A stretch of 64,000 nt of DNA from Oscillospiraceae bacterium (lineage in GTDB: Bacteria > Bacillota > Clostridia > Oscillospirales > Ruminococcaceae): positions 16,787-80,786 of the forward strand of contig JAGOPP010000001.1 of NCBI GenBank assembly GCA_017991935.1, read 5' to 3'. A model generated the notes under the pieces. The model had not been told where the DNA came from. It made no database searches and saw only the letters and a list, made by a program, of their open reading frames with translations. Position numbers and translations under genes: made by a program. This document shows positions 34,792-42,642 of the stretch, piece after piece; position 1 is the stretch's first letter; each line of letters opens with the position of its first letter.

Positions 34792-37302
34792 ATGCCGCTG
34801 AAATGGAAGCAGGGGGAAAATCTCCATTGGATGGCGCTGGGGCTCGCGTTTGTCTGCGCGATCGTCGTCTTTGCGCCCATCACCATCAAAAACGGGGGGA
34901 TCTTCACCTATTACGGGGATTTCAACGTACAGGACATTCCGTTTATGATGCACGTGCACGATATGGTGCTGGACGGAAACTTCGGCTGGGACTGGAACAC
35001 GGATCTCGGCGCGAATTTCATCGGCTCCTATTCCTTCTATTTTCTGTTCAGCCCGTTTTTCTGGCTGACGATTCCATTCCCGACCTCGTGGCTGCCGTAT
35101 TTGATGGCGCCGCTGCTGGTGCTCAAATTCAGCTTCGCCGCCTTCACGTCCTTTTTCTATTTCAAGCGGTTTGTCGGGGATAAACACTGGGCGGTCGTCG
35201 CCTCGTTATTATATGCCTTTTGCGGCTTTTCCATTTACAACGTCTTTTTCTTCCACTTCCACGAGATGCTCGTCTTTTTCCCGCTGATGCTCATCGGCAT
35301 GGAGGAGCTGCTCGAAAACGACCGCCACGGCCTTTTCGCCTTGGCCGTCGCCCTCAACGCGGTGGCGCATTACTGGTTCTTTATCGGGGAAGCGGTCTTT
35401 CTGGTCCTTTATTTCTTCATTCGCATCTCGGTGAAGGGCACCGCGCACCGCTTCCGCAAGTTTTGTCTCGTCGCGCTCGAGGCCGTGCTCGGCACCGGCG
35501 CCGCCATGGCGGTGCTGCTCCCCTCCGTGCTCGCCATCTGGGACAATCCACGCACCGGCTCGGAAAATCTCCTGAGCGGCTGGTATCTCTGGCTTTATTA
35601 CAGCGAGCAGCGCATCCCGGCCATCGTCGCGAGCTTCTTTTTTCCGCCGGACCTGCCCTCGCGCCAAAATATGTTTACCGGGCAGGGCGCGCAGTGGGCC
35701 TCCATGGCGGGGTGGCTGCCGCTCTACGGCATGGTCGGCGTGGTGGCCTATCTGCGCGGCACAAAGGGCACGTGGCTGGGGCGAATGATCGTCGCCTGCA
35801 TCGTCTGCGCGGCCGTCCCGTGGGTGAACGCCTTGTTTATCCTGATGAACAACTCCTATTACACCCGCTGGTTTTATATGTTTGAGATCCTGCTCGCGCT
35901 CGCGACCGTCAAGGCGCTGGAACGCTGCGCGGACGAATCGCCGGAGCGCCGGATCGACTTCAAAAAGGGACTCGTCCCCACCGCCGTCCTGATGGCGGTC
36001 TATACCGTCGCCATCGGCCTCTCGCCGGTCGAGGAGGACGGCGTCTGGAGCGTCGGCCTCGAGAACGACCCCGCGAAATTCTGGCAGACGGTGGCCTTCG
36101 CGTTCATCTGCCTCGGCATCACGTTCTGCCTGTGGAGGCTGCGGAAGAGGCCCTCTTTTCGGCGGCTCTCCATCGGATTTACGGCGCTTGTCTGCGCCGC
36201 CTACGGCGTCCTCTATCTGCTCAACGGCTACGGCTACTCCACCTCGCACGAGACGATCATCCACGAGGCGACCGCCTACCGCGGCGAGATCGAGCTCCCG
36301 GAGCCGGACGGCAGCTTCACGCGCTGCGATTTTTACGGCGCGCTGGACAACATGGGCCTCTACTGGGAGCTGCCGTCGATCCACTGTTTCCACAGCGTCG
36401 TCCCGGCCTCCATCATGGAGTTTTACCCGATGGTCGACGTGACGCGCGACGTCTCGAGCAAGCCGGACTATGAATATTACGCCCTGCGCAGCTTTCTTTC
36501 CGTGCGCTGGCTGTACGCGAAGGACGCTGCGGCGGACAACCCGCCGATTCAGGGGTTCGAGTATTACGGCAGCGAGGACGGATACACCGTCTATGAAAAT
36601 ATGAACTATATCCCCATGGGCTACACGTTCGACAACTATATCACCGAGGCCGAATTCGAGAACGTGCCCGTCGAATACCGGGACCGGGTGCTCTGCTCGG
36701 CGCTGGTGCTGACCGACACGCAGATCGGCTATTATGACCGGCTGCTCTCCCACCTGAAAGACGGACCGGATTATTATATGTCCTATGAGGATTTTGAGGA
36801 GTACGCCGCGCGGCGCGCGGCCCACTCCTCGGAGAGCTTTGTCGAGACCTCCGGCGGCTTCGTCTGCCGGATCAGCCTGCGCTGGCAGAATCTCGTCTTT
36901 TTTTCGGTCCCCTACGACGAGGGCTGGACCGCCTACGTCAACGGCGTGGAGACCGCGATCGAGCGGGTGGATTACGGCTTTATGGCGGTGCCCGCGTCGA
37001 GGGGCGACAACGTCATCGAATTCCGGTATGAGACGCCCGGGCTCCGGACCGGCCTCTATCTGAGCGGCGGCGCGCTGGCGCTGCTGCTCGCCTACGGCCT
37101 GTTTTGGGCGTACGCCGATCGCAGGAGCAAGGCGAACATGGCCTACCTGAACGAGCTCCTCGGCGAGCGGGGCCGCCTTGCGCCCTCCGACGAGCCGGAG
37201 CTTGCGCCCGAGGAGGATCTGACCATCGTGCGCTCGCCGGGGGACGTGCCGCCGCCCAACGATCCGGACGCGCCGGAGGAGACCTATTACCCGGAGCTGT
37301 GA
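34792..37302 (+). CDS. YfhO-family membrane glycosyltransferase-like protein
   Basis: ~835 aa with more than 10 N-terminal TM segments and a large extracytoplasmic C-domain. N-terminal GDFNVQDIPF-type region typical of YfhO. ATG at 34792 follows AGGAAAGGA. Confidence 0.85.
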   Translation: MPLKWKQGENLHWMALGLAFVCAIVVFAPITIKNGGIFTYYGDFNVQDIPFMMHVHDMVLDGNFGWDWNTDLGANFIGSYSFYFLFSPFFWLTIPFPTSWLPYLMAPLLVLKFSFAAFTSFFYFKRFVGDKHWAVVASLLYAFCGFSIYNVFFFHFHEMLVFFPLMLIGMEELLENDRHGLFALAVALNAVAHYWFFIGEAVFLVLYFFIRISVKGTAHRFRKFCLVALEAVLGTGAAMAVLLPSVLAIWDNPRTGSENLLSGWYLWLYYSEQRIPAIVASFFFPPDLPSRQNMFTGQGAQWASMAGWLPLYGMVGVVAYLRGTKGTWLGRMIVACIVCAAVPWVNALFILMNNSYYTRWFYMFEILLALATVKALERCADESPERRIDFKKGLVPTAVLMAVYTVAIGLSPVEEDGVWSVGLENDPAKFWQTVAFAFICLGITFCLWRLRKRPSFRRLSIGFTALVCAAYGVLYLLNGYGYSTSHETIIHEATAYRGEIELPEPDGSFTRCDFYGALDNMGLYWELPSIHCFHSVVPASIMEFYPMVDVTRDVSSKPDYEYYALRSFLSVRWLYAKDAAADNPPIQGFEYYGSEDGYTVYENMNYIPMGYTFDNYITEAEFENVPVEYRDRVLCSALVLTDTQIGYYDRLLSHLKDGPDYYMSYEDFEEYAARRAAHSSESFVETSGGFVCRISLRWQNLVFFSVPYDEGWTAYVNGVETAIERVDYGFMAVPASRGDNVIEFRYETPGLRTGLYLSGGALALLLAYGLFWAYADRRSKANMAYLNELLGERGRLAPSDEPELAPEEDLTIVRSPGDVPPPNDPDAPEETYYPEL

Positions 37303-37375
37303 GATTTCCCACGCGGTTTGCAGTAAAAAAAGACGGATCGGCCACTTATGAGGTGAAATGAATTTTACGGGGGGA

Positions 37376-38422
37376 ATGAAAATGAAAAGAATCATCGCGG
37401 TATTGGTATCCCTGCTGATGATCTTGGCGTTCGCGGCCTGCTCCGCCGGCATGAAGAGCACGGAGGCGGAGCCGCAGGACGCGGGCTACGGAACCGCCGG
37501 ATCGATTAGAGGCGACGCCGCCGAATCGCCCGCCATGGAAGAGGGCGGCTGGAACAATTCCGCCTCGCCGGGCGTCAAGGCCCCGGGCGAAACGACCTCC
37601 GTAGGGGAGAGCGAGGCGGCCCAAGTGAGCGGCCGCAAGCTGATCCGCAACGTGAGCCTTGAGCTCCAGACGCTGGAATTCGACACCTTTACCGGCAAGA
37701 TCGCCGAACTGGTGGAGGAGCTCGGCGGCTATGTGGAGAATTCGAGCTTCAACGGCAATTCGATCTATTACACATCCGACCGGAGCGCCTCCTACACGCT
37801 GCGCATCCCGGCCGCCCAGCTCGACTTGTTCGTGGAGCAGGTCGGCGCGATGGCGAATGTGACCTACCGCAACGAGAGCACGCAGGACGTCACGCTGCAG
37901 TATGTCGACATGGAGGCCCATAAGAAATCCTTACAGACCGAGTACGACCGGCTGCTCGAGCTTTTGGCGATCGCCGAAAACGTGGACGCCATCGTCACGC
38001 TGGAGGCCCGTCTCTCCGAGGTCCGCTATCAGATCGAATCCTACGAGAGCCAGCTGCGCCTCTACGATAATCAGGTCGATTACAGCACCGTTTATCTCAA
38101 GGTCGACGAGGTGAAGCGGGAGACGCAGGCCGACGAAGGCTCGGTCTGGGACCGCATCACCACCCGCCTGAGCGACAATTTCTATCAGATCGGCCGGGAT
38201 ATGGAGGAATTCACCGTCTGGTTCGTCAGCAGCCTGCCCTATGTCCTGATCTGGGCCGTGGTCTTCGCGGCGGTCGCGCTGATCGCCGTGGGCGTCCTCC
38301 GCAGCGACAGGAAGCGCAGAGAGCGCCGGGAAGCCAAGAGAGCCGGGGAACTCCGCGCCGCCTATGAGGCGAAACAGGCGCAGGAGAAGGCCGAAACGCC
38401 CCCGGAGGAGAAGAACGACTAA
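37376..38422 (+). CDS. DUF4349-domain lipoprotein
   Basis: Lipobox LAFAACS. The pattern ...LELQT.EFD.F...GGYVENS...YTLRIPA...DVT..YVDMEA..KSL matches the DUF4349 layout. C-terminal TM helix. Confidence 0.8.
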   Translation: MKMKRIIAVLVSLLMILAFAACSAGMKSTEAEPQDAGYGTAGSIRGDAAESPAMEEGGWNNSASPGVKAPGETTSVGESEAAQVSGRKLIRNVSLELQTLEFDTFTGKIAELVEELGGYVENSSFNGNSIYYTSDRSASYTLRIPAAQLDLFVEQVGAMANVTYRNESTQDVTLQYVDMEAHKKSLQTEYDRLLELLAIAENVDAIVTLEARLSEVRYQIESYESQLRLYDNQVDYSTVYLKVDEVKRETQADEGSVWDRITTRLSDNFYQIGRDMEEFTVWFVSSLPYVLIWAVVFAAVALIAVGVLRSDRKRRERREAKRAGELRAAYEAKQAQEKAETPPEEKND

Positions 38423-38440
38423 AACCTGAAAACGGCAAAA

Positions 38441-38465
38441 GGCCCGTCCTCGGACGGGCCTTTTT
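38441..38465 (+). terminator. rho-independent terminator
   Basis: Stem ggcccgtc/gacgggcc followed by a T5 run. Confidence 0.75.
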
Positions 38466-38522
38466 CGTTGCGAAACAAAGAAAAGCGTGGTATCATATAC
38501 TACAAGAAAGGGGGGCATCCGC

Positions 38523-39254
38523 ATGGATATCACCGCGTTCGAAAACGGCCTCGATGTCGGGGAGATTGCCGGTGTCTTGGCCGGGGAAGACGTTGAACGG
38601 AAAAAGGAAGTTTTCAGCGACCTTAAAGATTCCACATTTCTGATTCCATATAATAAAACGGAGACGGATATCCGCCTGCTCAAAATCGCAGAAAAAGGCG
38701 AGTTCCTGCCCGCCTTTACGAGCTACGCCGAATTTATGAAAAGCCCGCTCGACCACGAAAAGGTCGTTATTTTGCCATTCGTCAAGCTCGAATCCATCCT
38801 TTCCGACGCGCCGGAAAAGGTCGCGGGCATCGTCGTCAACCCGCACGGCCAATCCCTGCTCATCCAGCGCAAAACGTCGCCGCTCGAGCCGGCCGAGCCG
38901 CCGCCGCAGGAGCCGGGCGCTCCTCTGGAGAAGCAGGACTACTTCGGCGGCCTCAAGCTCTCCCGGCCCAATTATGTCCCGGAGCCCGTGCTCGCCGCGC
39001 TGACCGGCTTTTTTAACGCGTCGGACAACGTCTACCGCGCGTGGCTGCTCCTCTCCCAAGGGAAGGAGGAGATCGCGCCGCATCTGCTGCTGCTCGTCGA
39101 TTTTGACGGCGAGCGGGAGGCCTTTTTCACCAAGGTCGCGAAATCCGTCCGGCCCTTTTTCCACAAAGGGGACCGCTTCGAGATGATGAAGGCGGATTTC
39201 AAGCTGATCCGGGCCGCGGAGAAACTCACCCACCCGTTTTATCAAAAAGCGTGA
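38523..39254 (+). CDS. SseB-family-like protein
   Basis: The TFLIPY...GEFLPAFTSYAEF segment resembles the SseB N-domain. This assignment is from memory only. Confidence 0.5.
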   Translation: MDITAFENGLDVGEIAGVLAGEDVERKKEVFSDLKDSTFLIPYNKTETDIRLLKIAEKGEFLPAFTSYAEFMKSPLDHEKVVILPFVKLESILSDAPEKVAGIVVNPHGQSLLIQRKTSPLEPAEPPPQEPGAPLEKQDYFGGLKLSRPNYVPEPVLAALTGFFNASDNVYRAWLLLSQGKEEIAPHLLLLVDFDGEREAFFTKVAKSVRPFFHKGDRFEMMKADFKLIRAAEKLTHPFYQKA

Positions 39255-39357
39255 TTCGTCTCTCTTATCATTTATAAGGAAGCCCGTTTTCATTGTAATT
39301 TGCGGGGAAACGGAATATAATAAAGAAGCGAAAAGAACGGAAGAAGGGGGAATCCCG

Positions 39358-39861
39358 ATGGAAAACGGCCACGTCCGCCTCTATACCGGGGACGGCAAGG
39401 GCAAAACCGCCATGGCGCTCGGCCTCGCGGTCCGCGCGGCGGGGCAGGGCAAAAAGGTCTTTGTCGGCCAGTTCATCAAGGACGACCCGCGCGGCGACAT
39501 TTTGGCGCTGCGCAAAGCCATACCGGGGATCGTGACCGCCCAGTTCGGCAGCGGCGCGGGCTGCATCTGCGGCCGGGAGCCGGACGCGCAGGACCGCGGG
39601 TGCGCGAAGCACGGCCTCGCGCGCGCGAGACAGGCGCTAAAGAGCGGGGGCTTCGGCCTCGTCGTTTTAGACGAGATCACGATCCCGATGCTTTTCGGCC
39701 TGATTACGGTCGGGGAAGTGAAAGAGCTCCTTTCCCTCCGGTCGCCGACCTGCGAGCTGGTCTTGACCGGCCGCTACGCCTCGGACGAGCTGAAGGCCCT
39801 GTGCGATCTGGTGACGGTCGTCCAGTCCGAAAAACTGCCGGACCCCGTCCCGGATCTTTAA
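39358..39861 (+). CDS. cobO: cob(I)yrinic acid a,c-diamide adenosyltransferase (CobO/BtuR type)
   Basis: YTGDGKGKTAMALGLAVRAAGQGKKVFVGQFIK is the CobA/CobO P-loop block. Later LVVLDEI motif. Confidence 0.88.
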   Translation: MENGHVRLYTGDGKGKTAMALGLAVRAAGQGKKVFVGQFIKDDPRGDILALRKAIPGIVTAQFGSGAGCICGREPDAQDRGCAKHGLARARQALKSGGFGLVVLDEITIPMLFGLITVGEVKELLSLRSPTCELVLTGRYASDELKALCDLVTVVQSEKLPDPVPDL

Positions 39862-39876
39862 CCAAAGTTTATAGAA

Positions 39877-39900
39877 AGAGGCCGCAAGGCCTCTTTTTTT
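39877..39900 (+). terminator. rho-independent terminator of cobO
   Basis: Stem agaggcc/ggcctct followed by a T7 run. Confidence 0.8.
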
Positions 39901-40021
39901 GTTTCGGCGAAAGGGCCGCCCGGCGGAAAGATTCCCATGGGCCGTCGAAAGAGCCTGCCCCCGCCCGGCCCGGCGCGCAGGGCCTTTGCGCAAAATTTTC
40001 CGCGGGTCCGCAAAAATGGAA

Positions 40022-40050
40022 TTGCTTTTGCCGGTAGTTTATAGTAAAAT
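40022..40050 (+). promoter_or_regulatory. candidate promoter for the riboswitch transcript
   Basis: TTGCTT, 17-nt spacer, TAAAAT. Confidence 0.4.
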
Positions 40051-40079
40051 AAAAACTGCCGGAAGGCACAGCTTGAAAA

Positions 40080-40275
40080 TTGGATATTGTGGGTTTTGCG
40101 GTTGCCCGAAAGGGATCCCGTTGTAACGGACGGGATGGAAGACGGTGAGAGTCCGTCGCTGTGACCTCAACTGTAATTGCCGACGAAGGGGGCATTTGCC
40201 ACTGTCTTTTTGATGGGAAGGCGCCTCCCGAGGATGAAGCATGAGCCAGGATAATTTCCGCAAAATCATTTCTCG
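40080..40275 (+). promoter_or_regulatory. cobalamin (B12) riboswitch aptamer
   Basis: Conserved blocks appear in order: GGGATGGAAGACGGTGAGAGTCCGTC...ACTGTAA, then GCCACTG...GGGAAGGC, then the B12-box-like AGCCAGGATAA. Confidence 0.8.
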
Positions 40276-40311
40276 GGTTCGGAGAGCACCACATAGTCAT
40301 TTGACCGGAGA

Positions 40312-40340
40312 GGTCCTGCTCAAGGGAGCAGTCCTTTTTT
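40312..40340 (+). terminator. riboswitch expression-platform terminator 1
   Basis: Stem ctgctc/gagcag extended by GG/CC, followed by a T6 run. Confidence 0.65.
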
Positions 40341-40348
40341 GAGTAGTC

Positions 40349-40384
40349 GGATGCTTTTCCCGCTTGGGAAGGGCATCCTTTTTT
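40349..40384 (+). terminator. second tandem terminator
   Basis: Stem ggatgc...gcatcc with an inner tccc/ggga pairing, followed by a T6 run. Confidence 0.6.
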
Positions 40385-40556
40385 GTCGTAAGCGGGTCCC
40401 GCCGCTTCTTTCCGGGAAGGATGTCTCAGCGCTCGACGATATCCTTTCCTCTGTGCCGGAAAGAACGGTGCGGCAGGGCGGTCCTTTCACTCCATTCCGC
40501 CCTGCCGCCATCCTCCCGTAATTTGCAACATATCAAAGACAAAGGGGACCTCGGAG

Positions 40557-40874
40557 ATGGATTACAGAACCGCCGTTTTGACAGGAAAAAAGTACATTGC
40601 AGAGAACCTCTTGGAGGATCTCTCCCCATACAGCATCGCCTTCGCCGCGAGCTACTCGGTCTTTCATTATTGCCGCCTGTTTCGCGAGTGCACCGGCGAG
40701 AGCCTGATGGGGTATGTGCGCCGGCTGAGGCTCGCGCTCTCCGAGCGGGAGATCGAGCAGGGCAAGCCGCTTTCGGACATCGCGGCGAAGTACGGATTCG
40801 AGACGGTGAGCGGTTTTTCCCGCGCCTATAAACGGCAGTACGGCTGCTTTCCGACGCCCAAAAAGACCGCCTAA
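40557..40874 (+). CDS. stand-alone AraC-family HTH DNA-binding protein (MarA/SoxS-sized, 105 aa)
   Basis: Two HTH units: SIAFAASYSVFHYCRLFRECTG and IAAKYGFETVSGFSRAYKRQYG. No sensor domain. Confidence 0.8.
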   Translation: MDYRTAVLTGKKYIAENLLEDLSPYSIAFAASYSVFHYCRLFRECTGESLMGYVRRLRLALSEREIEQGKPLSDIAAKYGFETVSGFSRAYKRQYGCFPTPKKTA

Positions 40875-40923
40875 GATCCGGGGAAAAACGCGGAAATTTC
40901 TGCATTTCCGCCACAGATTCCTG

Positions 40924-40952
40924 TTGACAAAAACCACTCCGGCAGTTATAAT
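40924..40952 (+). promoter_or_regulatory. consensus sigma-A promoter of tRNA-Pro
   Basis: TTGACA, 17-nt spacer, TATAAT, ending 12 nt before the tRNA 5' end. Confidence 0.8.
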
Positions 40953-40964
40953 AAAAAAGCTGTC

Positions 40965-41041
40965 CGGGGTGTAGCGCAGTTTGGTAGCGCGCTTGGTTCG
41001 GGACCAAGAGGCCGCGAGTTCGAATCTCGCCACTCCGACCA
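40965..41041 (+). tRNA. tRNA-Pro: tRNA-Pro (anticodon CGG), CCA encoded
   Basis: Acceptor stem CGGGGTG/CACTCCG. Anticodon stem cttgg/ccaag with loop ttCGGga. T-arm GAGTTCGAATCTC. Terminal CCA present. Confidence 0.95.
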
Positions 41042-41046
41042 TAAAA

Positions 41047-41078
41047 AAGGCCGTCGACTTTTGTCGACGGCCTTTTTT
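41047..41078 (+). terminator. rho-independent terminator
   Basis: 12-bp stem aaggccgtcgac/gtcgacggcctt followed by a T-run. Confidence 0.85.
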
Positions 41079-41310
41079 ATGTCTGTATACATGGGAGTTT
41101 GCGGGGGAGTCAATCCAGCTCAAATCCTGAAATTCCATTCTAATCTAAAATGAAAGGACAGGATCATATGATAAAAAAGACAAGCCAAATGCCAAGACCG
41201 TAGCTTGGGGAGGCGTTCGCCGTTCAGTTCCGCCCTGCATTGCAATTTCCGCGCGTTGGAGCGATTTGTGGTAAATTTAAAATAATAAATTTAAAAATGC
41301 ATTACGGCTA

Positions 41311-41339
41311 TTGACATTCCGTCTTTATTGAGATATAAT
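41311..41339 (+). promoter_or_regulatory. consensus sigma-A promoter of the Fur-family gene
   Basis: TTGACA (41311-41316), 17-nt spacer, TATAAT (41334-41339). Confidence 0.7.
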
Positions 41340-41376
41340 CCTAATTGAAAATGAATATTATAATGAGTGTGGTTTT

Positions 41377-41763
41377 ATGATGAGACGAAAGACCATTCAG
41401 TGCGCTTTAGTTCTGGAGGCCGTAAATCGGCTGAGGTGTCACGCGACTGCGGACGAGATCTATGAGGAGCTCGTTCAGGAACACCCGAATATCGGCAGAG
41501 GGACCGTGTACCGGAACCTGAAGCGGCTATGCGAAATGGGCGATATACGAAAAAGAGAGATTCCCGGCGGGGCTGACCGTTTCGATCATCTTTGCGGCAA
41601 TCATTATCACGCAAAATGCTTAAAGTGCGGCCGTGTTTTTGACGTGGACATGGACTATATCGCGGATATGGAAAAATCTATTAAGGATCCCCATGGGTTC
41701 GTATTTACCGGGCACGATATCGTTTTTAAGGGTATCTGCTCGCAATGCAAAAGTAACCCATAG
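41377..41763 (+). CDS. Fur-family metalloregulator (Fur/Zur/PerR type not resolved)
   Basis: Winged-helix N-domain (ATADEIYEELVQEHPNIGRGTVYRNLK). HYHAKCLKCG and ICSQCK CxxC pairs form the structural Zn site. Confidence 0.88.
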   Translation: MMRRKTIQCALVLEAVNRLRCHATADEIYEELVQEHPNIGRGTVYRNLKRLCEMGDIRKREIPGGADRFDHLCGNHYHAKCLKCGRVFDVDMDYIADMEKSIKDPHGFVFTGHDIVFKGICSQCKSNP

Positions 41764-41852
41764 GCATAGCCGCAAATATCCCGGCAAGGCATTCTTTCGC
41801 GCGCATACGGGAGCATGGAAATCCCCCGTAAATAATATATATAAGGAGAATA

Positions 41853-42419
41853 ATGATGAGAAGTATTACAAAGTTAGACCTGCAATACGCACACAGATTC
41901 TATGGATTTAAAGGCGAGGCGCAGTATTTGCACGGTCACACCGGCATCCTGACCATCGAGGTGGAGGATTCCGTCAATTCCGGCGTCAATATGGTTTTCC
42001 CCTGTAATGAAATTCAGAAGACCGCATGGGAGGTTCTGAAAAACTTCGACCATGCGCTGATTCTGCGGGAAGACGATCCCCTGTTGCCTGCAATCCTCGA
42101 TGTTTACGAAAAGCAGGGCATTCGGAACGGCGCGCCGACCAATAAAATGAAGGGCCCCGCTTTCCAGACAGAGCTTGCGACCGCATATCCGGAGTGCCGT
42201 TTGGTTGTGACCAAAGAGACCATGACCGTTGAAGGCATGATCAAGATTGTTTATGACCTGCTGAAGGATAAGCTGAACATCGCCAAGCTTACCTTTACCA
42301 GCGGCGTTAACGCGGCTTCCGAAGAGTTTGAGACCAAAAATGAAATTGACCGTTGCCCGTTGTGCGGTATCGCTTTGAATGAAAACGGCGTGTGCCCCAA
42401 ATGCGGATATAAGAAGTGA
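41853..42419 (+). CDS. QueD/6-pyruvoyl-tetrahydropterin synthase-fold protein with C-terminal zinc ribbon
   Basis: AHRF...YLHGHTG provides the His triad of the T-fold PTPS family, and FDHALIL is also present. C-terminal CPLCG-x9-CPKCG. AAGGAG RBS. Confidence 0.7.
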   Translation: MMRSITKLDLQYAHRFYGFKGEAQYLHGHTGILTIEVEDSVNSGVNMVFPCNEIQKTAWEVLKNFDHALILREDDPLLPAILDVYEKQGIRNGAPTNKMKGPAFQTELATAYPECRLVVTKETMTVEGMIKIVYDLLKDKLNIAKLTFTSGVNAASEEFETKNEIDRCPLCGIALNENGVCPKCGYKK

Positions 42420-42493
42420 GTTTACTCGAATTGGCAGGGTAAGAAGAAAAAGCGCTTCTTTGATCCGTATTCGATTCATTTCACTCCGACCAC

Positions 42494-42534
42494 AAAACAG
42501 AGCGACCGGCATGAATGCCGATCGCTCTGTTTTT
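42494..42534. terminator. bidirectional terminator between convergent genes
   Basis: Stem acagagcga.cggc/gccg.tcgctctgt flanked by an A-run and a T-run. Confidence 0.75.
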
Positions 42535-42642
42535 ATATGCCGGGGAGCGGCGCTTGAGTCGCGTTGAGCAAAAAACGGGCATTCTTACACGCGCCGAGGC
42601 AAACCGATCCGCCTGAATTTGACCGTCGCCGGCCAACCGCTT

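Noticed and set aside
35209-37461. 750-aa minus-strand ORF
   Set aside because: It is antisense to the YfhO gene, has an R/G/A/D-rich composition and no motifs. Shadow ORF.
41340-41366. Fur/PerR box in the Fur-family gene leader (AATGAATATTATAATGA)
   Set aside because: Only one TTATAAT half-site is present and the dyad symmetry is poor. I could not support an operator call from the sequence alone.
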